A DNA stretch of 55,668 nucleotides, the filler included, from Sphacelaria rigidula (taxonomy: Eukaryota), in NCBI GenBank assembly GCA_964200075.2. It is 4 parts of 4 records of this genome, joined end to end, with 100 filler letters (N's around TTAATTAATTAA, not from the genome) between each part and the next. Parts side by side here need not be neighbours in the genome. Positions count along the whole stretch, not along the records: positions 27,893 to 41,731 come from CAXNAA020002634.1; positions 41,832 to 55,668 come from CAXNAA020002635.1; 2 more parts are not named here. The stretch is one strand, 5' to 3'. Position numbers and translations under genes: made by a program. The first letter of the stretch is position 1; every line of letters starts with the position of its first letter. The notes beneath the pieces were generated by a model. The model was not told where the DNA came from and did not search any database. It worked only from the letters and a program-made list of their open reading frames with translations. Shown one piece after another: positions 39,101 to 49,755 of this stretch.

Positions 39101-41069
39101 AAGTAGAAGCTTGTGCCGTTGAGAGTTTGGGTGAGAAGGGTGAACATGGTGGTGGACATTCACAAGTTGAACATGGCCAGGAAAGTATGTCACGGACGGT
39201 CCCGTTGGTTCCACCCATGTTCGGCCTCCCCGCAGACGTGTATTGGCGCACTGCTCACAACTCACAACTGAAAGATCGGGAAACCATTGCAACGCCCACC
39301 GGGCCTACCAGCGACCATCTGCGCCTTCGCCACCGCCGTTTTTCAAAACTCCCGGGACTAGCAGAAGTAGGAGTCTCGGAACAGTCGGTCGCGGGTGCTC
39401 GGAGAGAGATGACTTCAAAACAAGAGGATAGGGGACACTCTTCGGAGATGCGTCACATTCCATGCCGGTTCGCTTTTGGTCCATATATTTGAAGCTATGA
39501 AAGCCCCAGACTCGGCGACGAAGCATGGTACGTGAGCCCCCGCAAGTGCGGACGGAGAGCTTCCCGTTGACTGGTTCTGAATTGAAACTAACAGACCTCG
39601 CACTGATCAGGTTTTCATTGCATTGGGGGTGAGTGTCCTCTTATTAGCGAAAGAAACAGCTTCAGTCGATTTCCAGCGGCTTCCGCTCAGAACGGGAATA
39701 ACCCTCGACAGCAGAGATTGCACACACTGTCGTTTTGCCTGAGCTTTGCAGCGCGCGTGCAGGATCATTGCCGCAGCGAATGAGGTGGTGTGCCATGCTG
39801 AGGATCACGGAGTGCACGGTGGGCCATCCTTCGCGGCGCTGGTTGCTGACGGAGAGTAGCTGCTCAACTGTGGCGTCGAGGTTGCCGGCATCGAAGATCA
39901 CAGCCGTGCTGGCGAAATTGTTCTCAAAAAGAGTTCCGGGAGCCGTCTGGTTAAACCAAATCCCCACACGGTCGGCTGGTATAGAGGGGCATGAGCGATG
40001 GACATCTGGCGCGCAGTTTTACGAGTCCTCAAACTTGTGGATGCTAGCCCTCGATTTTCAATAGCGTCGATATATTTTCCCAGCAGAGGGCAGACACTCA
40101 AGACGGTAATCAAGTCGCTACAAGTTCGAATTGGCATCAATAATGGGGCAATAACGGATTCCTGTCGCGCGGAGTTGAGAGGGCTCAACTTCGAGGTCAT
40201 CGGACAGCTTATGAGCTACCTGTAACAATGATCGAAGAGGACGCTCGGATCGGTTCTCCACATAAAATATACGTGACAGCGGGGTCCGAGAAGCCAAAGC
40301 ACTACCTTTGCGCCACTTGGCGTGCTCGGCGTCCAGTGCTGTGGGGCGCAAATATGGGAAAAAATGGGCCACGTGAGCTATTTCATGAGCCGGATCAGTG
40401 CACTAATAAGGAGTAATCCTGAGGTAGCTTGTTAGCTGTCCGACGTGTGCAACCTTGTGGCTGCCAGACCTCCTTTTGGAACATTTTGATACTCCACTGG
40501 TAGTAACCTCTCGGAGACTTAGCTGAGCAGCTCTCGGTCTGTTTCGCGTGTGAGTTCTTCCCATGACATTCTGTGGAAATGATTAATTGTTCACCTCAAC
40601 CATCGCTCCAGTATGGGTTGACCGAAGAAGCAGTTTTTTCTTCAACATATTTCAAGTGGTCCACCTCGACCTTCATCTGCAACGTAGTACATTGACGTAA
40701 CATTCGTGTAAACCGGATCGTAGGCTATTTCCAGATTCTGAGCCATTTTGCGGTGTCTACATTCGATCTGATCGACGAACTGTCTGTTATAGCTCTAGCC
40801 GATGCATCCCGGAAAACGGTTGAAGTCCTTACTGGTGGCAACAATACGCCGTGTCTTGTTGGCGATCTCACAAAATCCGGAAAACTCAAACTCACGGTCG
40901 TCCCTTCCATACCGGCCCTTTAACCCTTAATCAGCGACTCCTCTGCAGGTGGACTGAGTTGCGTACTATCCAGATTTGGGATTCAGAAAATATTATGCCC
41001 AAGACTTCGAGCTTCAACCGTTACTTGTTCAGGGTGCGTTGACTCAACAGCCCATTGCTTTCGTCAAAC
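33182..41069 (-). CDS. TALE-class homeodomain transcription factor gene, 5'-incomplete; candidate member of the brown-algal ORO/SAM group
   Basis: Exons (41069-41025, candidate), 38713-38591, 38199-38115, 37434-36908, 34839-34695, 34345-34056 and 33788-33182 all splice in frame with GT-AG sites. Homeodomain: YDEETTSILTEWFLAHKRWPYPASKEKDALAKATNLTTLQISNWFTNKRKRHWTP. Confidence 0.9.
34056..34345 (-). CDS. TALE gene exon with tandem NAGNAG acceptor (start 34348 or 34345)
   Basis: cgtcagcag|ATG CAC GGA...CAA AG|gtgact, phase 0 to 2. Confidence 0.8.
34695..34839 (-). CDS. TALE gene exon
   Basis: cggacag|T GCC CAC CAT...GGT GGG|gtaagt, 145 nt, phase 2 to 0. Confidence 0.82.
36054..36192. repeat. 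Poly-G low-complexity tract containing a 10-N scaffold gap (36123-36132), inside a TALE intron
   Basis: Directly visible. Confidence 0.9.
36908..37434 (-). CDS. TALE gene exon, His/Pro/Gly-rich low-complexity region
   Basis: catcgcag|TTT TGT GTG ATG... (phase 0) to TGT AG|gtaaga (phase 2), 527 nt. Confidence 0.88.
38115..38199 (-). CDS. Homeobox exon B (recognition helix)
   Basis: ttttgtag|T TCC AAC TGG TTC ACA AAC...TTT GAG|gtaaca, 85 nt: (I)SNWFTNKRKRHWTPVIKKRTRSPRDFFE. Absent from the ORF track. Confidence 0.95.
38591..38713 (-). CDS. Homeobox exon A (helix 1, TALE PYP loop, helix 2)
   Basis: acgccag|G TAT GAT...CAA AT|gtgagt, 123 nt, contains HKRWPYP. Confidence 0.95.
41025..41069 (-). 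CDS. Candidate 45-nt exon just upstream of the homeobox
   Basis: ctccctgcag|G TTT GAC...AAC AA|gtaacg, phase 2-2, gives FDESNGLLSQRTLNK-YDEET when joined to 38713. A further candidate 39-nt phase 2-2 exon lies at 41418-41380. Confidence 0.5.
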
Positions 41070-41630
41070 CTGCAGGGAGCTAGGATGTGTGCATCATCCA
41101 GGATCTGGCTTGCATCACTTTGCTGGTCTATGCGGGGGTTTGACGCCCGAACAAGGAGTTTCAAAGAGGTCCTGTCATTTCAATGGGACCGATTGCGGTC
41201 GAGATATGAGGTGGATGCGGAGTTCGCGAATTTTGATCGGCAAGCGAGAACCACCATCACCCATAATTTATTTACCTTAACGTTCTAGGAACCGGATCTC
41301 AAGAAGAGCGAACAGCTTCGGAGGATCCGCACGTGCTTAGGGGGTGTACACAAGATCACTCAACCATGACAAGCCCTACCCTGTCCCTCCGGAGCAGAAG
41401 ATGTTGGGATTGGTATCCCTGTGTAAACACATAGGATGAACAGCGATTCATCGCCTTCATCGCTGCAGGGAGGCAGTTCTTGCGTCTATTTGCTTGTGTT
41501 TGGTATACAACTCAACCGGAGTTTACGAGGTAACGAATATACACCAAAAACAAATAAAAGTTAATGACCAAACGCAGCTTTGGGCGGCGGCGACGGGGTT
41601 GGGGGGAGGTTGGAGGGGGGCGTACTCATT

Positions 41631-41700
41631 TGTTGCTTGCCTTAGTCGTTTGACCATTGACCACGCATCCCTTTCGAGACGGAGCAGGGCTGGGGGGGGG
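41631..41700. repeat. Repeat-family copy near the end of contig 3 (reverse orientation)
   Basis: Reverse complement of ~13790-13850 with one substitution in the core. Confidence 0.85.
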
Positions 41701-41731
41701 GGGCACTTGTTTGGTGCTGCCCCTAATTATT

Positions 41732-41831
41732 NNNNNNNNNNNNNNNNNNNNNNNNNNNNNNNNNNNNNNNNNNNNTTAATTAATTAANNNNNNNNNNNNN
41801 NNNNNNNNNNNNNNNNNNNNNNNNNNNNNNN
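41732..41831. other. Artificial contig-joining spacer N44-TTAATTAATTAA-N44
   Basis: Same 100-nt linker. Confidence 0.97.
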
Positions 41832-43188
41832 AGCAAAAAAGCAGCTTCCGATAGAGCTGAGTCTGCCCGAGTAGCTGCAATACAAAGACAGTATATTCAG
41901 ATGGATGTGAAAAAACTCTGGCACATAAAAACCATGCCTGCAGCGGATAACGAAGATTCGGGCCAGTTTACTTCTGCCCTCATCACGTCCATCCGCCGCA
42001 CCGTTTGTAACATCCTTCACTTGGCGGATGTGACTGGCACACAACGCTTCGAAGACTCAGACTGGGTAGAGGGCTGGCAGACTCCCTTGCACAAAGCAAT
42101 GCATCGATCGATCAGCCGCCGCTCTCCCGACCTCGTTGCTTCTTTGACGCAGGTGCTCAACGGATTCCTCACGGCGATGGATCCGGATCGTTCCCAAGGG
42201 AAGAACAGGCCCGCAATTACTCTCTGATTTCGAAAGGCGTCTCATAGGCTACTTTGACAAAAGTGATCAAGCCAGCGTCATCCAGAGGCTGAGTTCTTTT
42301 GTCGTCGCATCTGATGTCCCCTTCGCGGATTATCTCCGCGAATTTATGCTTTTGGTTTCGGGTACGACGGGTGTCGGACGCCAGAATGGACCGAGCGATG
42401 CAATGTGTCAGACTTATGTCCGCAATAGCGTTGCTCATCAGTATCCGGCTGTGATGCCGTCATTGTTTCCGGGTGTCTTGGCACATCGCGAAGTCCCTTA
42501 CGCCTCCGTTGATACTATGTGGTCTGATTTTGTACACCAGGAGAGTAATGTAACACCTGCCATACGTGGCAAACATTCAACGTCTGTGCGTTCACAACCT
42601 ACGGCTGTATCCTCCGCTCATGCCCAAGGGGCTCGCGGCAGGGATTCGAGCTCGCCTCGCGCTTCATGAACCCCCGACTCAGTCGCCGGTTCAGTTATGC
42701 ATGTCAAGAGTACCAGAGATGCATTTAGCGCGAGTTTTGACGGTTGGCCGTTTTCCGAGGAAAGTTGGGATGATGTTTATTTGACTAGAACAACGGCATT
42801 CATAACCGATGACCCCCATTTGTAGAACCCACTTCTTTCGTCTTCCGCTAGACGCAATGCCTTCAGCAGTCGTGCCAACAGTTGCATCAACTGTAGTGTT
42901 TAAGGCCACAGCATGCGCGACTGTGACAGCCCATGCATCAATGCCTTTGATCTCATAAACCTTGAATTGTAGGACAATGAACCCGCGTGGCGCCGATGGC
43001 AAAAACGCATGCGCGATTATCGTCCAACAACTCGAAATTACCGCAGCAATTCGAACCAACGTGGCAACAAAAGCTCTAATCGCGGTCGCCGACACACCGA
43101 CAATCACGGAAGCCCTCGCCAGAACGATCTAAATTCTCGCGACAATAAACGTTCCGCTGATAGACACCAGCGGACGGGACCGACATAA
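41832..43188 (+). pseudogene. gag: gag, C-terminal part (capsid-like region and zinc knuckle), disrupted
   Basis: CINCSV*GHSMRDC (CX2CX4HX4C) at 42883-42924 is in frame with ORF 42346. There is a +1 frameshift near 42204 and several in-frame stops. Confidence 0.8.
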
Positions 43189-43699
43189 AGTTCTAATCCC
43201 AACACCAGAAACCCTGGTACCTTCGCTTCGGATCGCTTAGATCCATGACGTGCCGACGCGGGCGTTTTTCGGTCTTCCACGCCGTCGATAGCACGAGCGA
43301 AGAACTTTTCACCGCACCCCGCGGAGCCCGTGTCAAAAACTGCTGACTCGACTGCCCCGCCACTATCCAGGAGCGTAACTGACGGCCATTCATATCGACC
43401 TCAATCTCTCCAAAATGCGACGACTTTGAGCTCGACGGCTCTATAAAGTATCCCGGAAGAAACAAAATCACATGATTCTGACGGCACTACTTCTTCAATC
43501 GACGACTCCAGCCTCGCACATCCTGGATCCCCCTTTGACGGTGATCCCTGTCAACCAAAGACGATCATTCACGAAATCGCCCATGACCGTGCCACACCTG
43601 AAAATAATATACCGTCCACCTCCTTCTCTGGTGAGACATCTGACCCACCGGCGGATCATCCGCCGTACGTTTTTGCTGTCAGCCCCGCTGATCCTGACC

Positions 43700-46600
43700 A
43701 GTTTACCTTGCCGGAACACGGTCCAGATCTTGTCGGCGGCAAAGTGTCTGTCGATCCGGCCACTTTTACTACTCGCGTTGCGATCCATGCCGGTCCACAC
43801 GCTTTCACGCCTACGAAATGCGTATCCTTGTTGGACAGCGGCAGCCCGCAAACGTTTATTCGAGAATCAACACGGAAAGACATGAAACAGACCGGCGCTG
43901 TTACTGCAGCTTGTGAAACCACCACCAAACCTCGCGTGTGGGGCGGTTTCGGTGACTCTGCCGCGCCACTGACGACCCGTAAATCCACCCGTAAACCGTA
44001 CGTCTCAGTGTGCAATTCTTTCACAATACCACTCGATCTGCCAGCCTGGAAGTCTGGGCATACGTTGTCCCCGACAGCACCATGCATCACGCCATATTAT
44101 TGGGCAGAGATAACTATATGCGGTATAATAAACGCACCTACCGCACGCTTCCACCATTAACGCCACATTCCCCGCCGCGTGGAGAATTCAACCTCGAACA
44201 CTTCGGTACTCTCCACGGCGCCCTGGCTTATCAGAAGAACCCTCAGGCAACTGGAGCTGCTCACCACCTACGATATAACGGTAGTGTGGGTATAACACTC
44301 TCCGACGACCCGCAACTTCTTGAAGTTTCACTAGTTCGCCGAAATGGCATGTCAGCACTTACGGGCCATTATCTTGCCGAATTGTTACCCCGTATTGGCG
44401 CACCAGCCGACACAGAACATTTATTGTCGGCGGGACAACAACTCCTCCCTCTTACGGGACATGCTAACTTAGAACCCGGCGATGTTTTAGGAATCGCCGC
44501 TGCTCCCCTGATACACATCCCCCTCGAGACGTGCGTCACAGAGCCTGCCCCACCAAACACCACATCTCCGGCGGAGTCAGTACATTGTGTCGATGAACCT
44601 TATTTCAATCTCGCCTCTGCTACTCCACCCCAGGTTCACACCGTGGATCCTGCACCGTCAAATTCCGATCCTCCTGCTTAAGTGCTTCAACGCTTATCAC
44701 CAGATTTTCGGAATAGCTTCCGGGACCAACGGCCGCCACACATGCGCAACATCAATTTTAACCTTCATGGGCCCGGCTGGGAACCGACAGTCATCCAAAA
44801 ACTCAATGATGTCCTGCTACTGTACCAAGGCCGATTTTCCCGATCCAAGACGGATCTCGGGCATTGCAAAACACTGCCCTTTGAGGTTACCCTCCAACCC
44901 GGTGTCTCGCCGATCTCCTCTCGGCCATACCGTACCAACCCAATCCTTACCAAGAAAGTTAACGCCATCTTGGATGCGTATTTGGGAGCGGGACTAATCC
45001 AACATTCCTCCTCTCCTTGGGCCTCGCCATTTGTGGTCGTCCCCAAAAAAGATGGAACATACGCATCACCGTGAATTATCAACGGTTGAACCGCGTCATC
45101 GTCGTCGTTAAACTTCCAATTCTCCGCATTGATGAAGTCTTCGACTCCTTAGGCGAAGGAAAAATATTCAGCACCTTCGACCTCGCTTCTAGATTTTTTC
45201 AGAATGCTATACACCCTGACACAGTCCCACTTGTAATGCGTGAGAGAACCGCGTGCTTAGAGGACCGCATCGGAATTTGAACAACCCTATGGTTAACGTT
45301 AGGGTTAGTGTTCAGGCTAGGGTCAGGGGCGTGGTACCTGCAGGGACTGATCCGATTTGTTTTGAAAAGCGTCGATCCTGACGTGTTTTGAACTACGGCG
45401 CGGTCCTCTAAGCACGCGGTCCTCTCACGCATTACACCACTGACGGCTTTTTGCACCTCGTCCGGACTCTATGAGTGACTTCGCATGCCACAAGGCGCCG
45501 CCACTGGCCCGGGATGCTTTCAACGCTTCATATAACGCGTCACCGAGGGCCTCGAGCACATCATCATGTACTTGGATGATGCTATCGCTTTCGATGCCTT
45601 ACTCTACGAGAATTTCTCTCTCGCCTACGTACGCACGATTTGAAACTGTCTCCATCCAAAGCTCGCCTTGGCGCGACTGACTTGGATTTCTTGGGGCATT
45701 CCATTTCGCCAGCAGGCCTGCATCCGGATACAACAAAGTCAAGGCGATGACTGATTTGCCGATGCCAACTAACATTTCTCAACTTCGCTTATTGTTGGGT
45801 GGGCTATCCTACCACCGCAATTTTTTGCCGAATTGATCGAAACGAATTCACCCCCTTACTGAGCTACTCAAGAAGGAGCCGTGTTTTTGTTCACCACAGA
45901 AATGGAGAATATCACCCGCGAATTACTCAAGACGCTTACCGAAAAGCCCATACTTTGCTTTCCTGATTGGGAGGCAGTACAAGATGGCTCCTGCCTTTTC
46001 CAACTCCATACTGACGCCAGGACAAATTGGTTTGGAGGAGTTTTGAATCAACCTCAGGTTGATGGCTCTGTCCGACCCATCCTTTATATCAGCCGCGCTA
46101 CCCTGCCCGATGAGGCCAATTGGAGCCCGCTCGGACTGGAAGGCGGAGTAATCACTTGGGCCATTAAGCGCCTTCGACAATATCTGTTCCACGTGCCCTT
46201 CGAGGTCTATACGGATCACGGAGCACTTGAACAACTCGCCAAGGTTGGTGAACACAACCCTCGTGTACAACGGTGGTTGGCGTTTTTAAGAGCCTACCAG
46301 TACACCATTAAGCACCGTCCAGGCAAAACCAACGGGAACGCGAATCTTCTTTCCCGCCTGCCTCTGCCGCCTACGGCCGCAGACTCCAGCCCGGCTTGCC
46401 GTTTAACGGAACCCGATAAACCCGAAATTTACGCGATCAGACGTTTTTCAACGCCCGTTCACGCCCTCGACCTCCAGTGCCCGGAAACCGGTATGCATAT
46501 GGAAGGGCCTTGCCCTTTACCATATGACGCCGTCTTGGGTGGGTTAATGCCCACTACCTCCGATTTTGTCGACTTTCGCACTTTCGGTGCTCGCGCGAAA

Positions 46601-49212
46601 CTCTTCGCGGAGCCACCTCCAGTCACCCACCTTATTTCCGACAACACGCGCTCCCGGTCTGCCGTCCACACCACACCGAGTGCCCCGCCGCCACCAACAA
46701 CACCTCCAACCTCTATGAGCCACCCAGCACAAGTTCCACGGACCAACACGCAAAGCTCCGCAAAAACTTCTGCACCGTGCCCCACGCGCCGCGAAAAATC
46801 TTCGCCGCGCATTGATACAACCACGCCGCCTATAATGGCACCGCAAACATCTCCTGCCCCCGAGCACGGATCTGACGACTCATCTCCAGCTCCCGGAACA
46901 GAAATTGACGTCGGCATTTCTGCCCCGTCGCCTATTCCCCCGCCGCCTGCCCTACCATGTTTGGTCGGCTCGCCAGCGGAAGGCCAACTACGCGAGTTTC
47001 TCGCCAGCTACTCCCACCGTGACTGGGCTTATGAACAAAACGCAGAACCGCTATGTCGCGCAGCCATCCGTTACTTACAGCTTGACTGTCCAGTCCCTTT
47101 TCCGTCCACACTTCTGGCCCCGGTTGGGACACTGCCACCGCCAGTTATTTCTGACGTATACGAGCTCGTGCGTAAAGGCACCCTTTTTACTACGGATGAA
47201 GGCGTGCAACTACTCGTACGTCGGCCCACGCCCTTGACAGGCGCAATTGCCGCCTCAACTACGGGACGCACCGCTCGACTACTCAATGACGAACCAACGC
47301 GCATATATGTGCCATTATTAATGCGCCCCTGGGTCATGAAAGGCTGCCATACAGACTTGTCATGCCACCTTGGCGTCACCCGCACCCTCGCGCTCTTGGA
47401 ACGCTTCTACTGGTGGGTGGGCATGGAAATTTCAACCCGCTTCTGGATTCGGCGATGCTTTAAATGCCAAGCCCGAAAAACTTCACGACAGACAGTACGC
47501 TGGCCCGTGATCTCTATGGGACTCCCCGACGAGCCCGGCCACCTTGTGTCCTTTGACTACTTCGGCCCTCTCCCGACCACAGGTCGCGGCAACACCTATA
47601 TCTTACTCTTCACTGACCGCTTTAGCCGCCACGCGTCCATGTACGCGGTAACCGCCGCAGTTTCACTGCCGCCGGAACGGCCAACATACTGGCCCATGAT
47701 TACACTAACCACTACGGCTGCCCGAAGCGACTACTTTCAGACAATGGTCAGTAATTTTGTTCAGACCTCTCGGATGAGCTTTACAAGCTCCTGGGCATCC
47801 GCAAAATTGCCACGAGCGCCCACCACCCAAACGGTAACGGTGGTACCGAAAGAGTTAATCACACCATGGCCCAGATGCTCTCTATGGTTGTCAATGACCG
47901 CCAAAATGACTGGGGCCTACATCTCTCGCACATCATGTTGTGCTACAACAACTCGGTCAATGCCGCCACCGACCTTTCTCGGAACGAACTCCATCTTGGA
48001 CGCTACCCTCGGCTGCCAATCACCGTGTTCGAGCGACACACGTTCGACGGTCACCAAGGATTGGATCAGGACCAGATATCCTACAACGAGCTCCTACATG
48101 CACGACAACGCAAAGCGTTCACCCTTGTGCGCGAACATCACGCTATCAGTGCCTTGCGCCTGGAGAGATCTAACACTGCTCTCTACAACCTCATGCACAA
48201 ACGCCCTAACTGGAAAGTTGGTGATTGGGTTTGGATCTACAACAGTTTGTCGACCATCCGCCAAGGCACCAGCAAGGCAGCCAACGAAACAATTTTGAAG
48301 ACAAAATTGTCCCTCAATTGGACAGGACCATTGAAGATCCTGACAGTCGGACCTTCGTCATCATCACCGGATGGAGAACCCGTTAGTGACAAACTGCTCT
48401 ATCTCGACTTGCCTCACGACTTCCAGGGCAAAGACACCAAGCCCCGCGTCTCCGTGCACAGATGCGAACCCTGCACGAACCCGCATGATACAAGCGACAT
48501 GCCCAAGTACCTGCCGGCCGGACTCACACAGTATGTTCTCAACAGCTACTCGACCAAGTCCCCGCCCTACCACGTTGCAACCGACGACGTGACAGAATAG
48601 CTCCTTCGGTTGGCTGTGTCCTCCATTTCCGGCCACCAGATAACCCGTGGTCGAGGAGGCAAGATCGCTGTCATGTATAAGACACACTGGCACGGTCTTC
48701 GGAGAGCGTCTTGGGAACGCAAATCCGACCTGTAATTGCACCGTCGTGCAATCCTCGTTTACTGGACGCAATCCCAACATCAGCGTCTTGCTCACAACAA
48801 GAAATATCGCAACATGCGCCGAAGCGCAGCAGCCCGTGAACTTCACCGCAACCAGGGACTACGCTTTGTCGCCGATGGTTACGAACTTGTACCCTCCAAG
48901 ACTTGTAAGACGAAGTTCTTTGCGAACGAGCGACTCCTGCCCAAGGGCAGCTACCTTTGGTTCAGAGGCAGCGACAACCTCTGGTGGTTGGGTCAGACCC
49001 ACTCCGCTAACTTGGTTTCGGCCGACACATACATCGTGAGCTTCATCGATGACCGTGGACCCATACAGCTCAAGCTTCGGCCAGCGCTGTACAACACCAG
49101 CCCATCTGCACCACGCGGATCCTGGTGTCTCCAGCGCCTCAAGTCCAAAGAACTTCGCCGCGGTCTCCAGCGCAACATCGACCACACCCACGACGTCCAC
49201 GCTCCGCTTTGA
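43700..49212 (+). pseudogene. pol: pol polyprotein (aspartic protease, reverse transcriptase, RNase H, integrase, chromodomain, extra C-terminal domain), disrupted
   Basis: PR LLDSGS at 43828-43845. RT SSPWASPFVVVPKKDG, FSTFDL, TAFCT, RMPQG and YLDD (45569-45580). RNase H FQLHTDA...FEVYTDH. IN CHTDLSCHLG...CFKC, SFDYFGP, LLSDNG, NGGTERVN and NWTGP. Multiple frameshifts and stops. Confidence 0.95.
45232..45436. mobile_element. 205-bp non-autonomous TIR element (MITE) with TGT...ACA ends and 5-bp TSD CCACT, inserted in RT
   Basis: 37-bp TIRs tgtaatgcgtgagag(a/g)accgcgtgcttagaggaccgc with 1 mismatch. CCACT at 45227-45231 and 45437-45441. Removing the element and one TSD restores HPDTVPLTAFCT. 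Confidence 0.93.
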
Positions 49213-49456
49213 GCCACGCTCCTTTGTCGCGACTGTTGCCCCACCCCCATTTTGTTTCCCGTCAGCATTGTGTGTCCCCCCTTCCCCACCAGGATTCTCT
49301 TCCGCTACACCACAACAGTGCGACCTACATCGGGCGACGATCAAGAACTACTGACACGACCGCTACCTACGACTACTGGAGCCATAGTATCCCCTTCATC
49401 TGGCGCTCGATCTCGTTGGATCACCGATTTTCAGGTTTTCGATCTTGCAGTTTTTA

Positions 49457-49586
49457 GTACCTTTGGATTCCCCCAGGTTGAAGCTCTGCTCCCTGTTGTA
49501 CATTTGGGTTTCCCCCAGGTTGAAGCTCTGCACGCTGTTGTACCTTTGGATTCCTCCAGGTTGGAGCTCTGCTTCCTGTTGTACCT
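49457..49586. repeat. Tandem repeat, 3 x 41-42 bp, downstream of pol
   Basis: gtac.tttgg.ttcc.ccaggttg.agctctgc...ctgtt units start at 49457, 49498 and 49540. A second family (acgccgaagca.tttgtgcttc) follows at ~49617-49725. Confidence 0.88.
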
Positions 49587-49731
49587 CCCTGTTTCCCCCC
49601 TTAACGTTTGCTAGGACGCCGAAGCAATTTGTGCTTCTTCGTTGATCGCTAGCACGCCGAAGCAGTTTGTGCTTCCGCGTTTCGGAGCAGTTTCTTCTGC
49701 TCCTCGAAGCAATCTCTGCTTCCCTTCTTTT

Positions 49732-49755
49732 GAGGTGTGGGAGTGGGTACAGAAA
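49732..49755 (+). other. Candidate polypurine tract
   Basis: gaggtgtgggagtgggtacagaaa is purine-rich, lies ~520 nt after the pol stop and sits next to TG dinucleotides at 49744 and 49756. Confidence 0.5.

Noticed and set aside
39309-39357. Alternative exon directly upstream of the homeobox (…GGGEGADGR-W)
   Set aside because: Its phase-1 start is incompatible with the better phase 2-2 candidate at 41025-41069, and it yields an atypical N-terminal arm. Not excluded without RNA data.
45199-45456. Peptide VMRERTACLEDR appearing on both strands
   Set aside because: Explained by the terminal inverted repeats of the 205-bp MITE, not by a gene.
49457-49586. 41-42-bp repeats as a CRISPR array
   Set aside because: Units are directly adjacent with no unique spacers, there are no cas genes, and the context is a eukaryotic retrotransposon.
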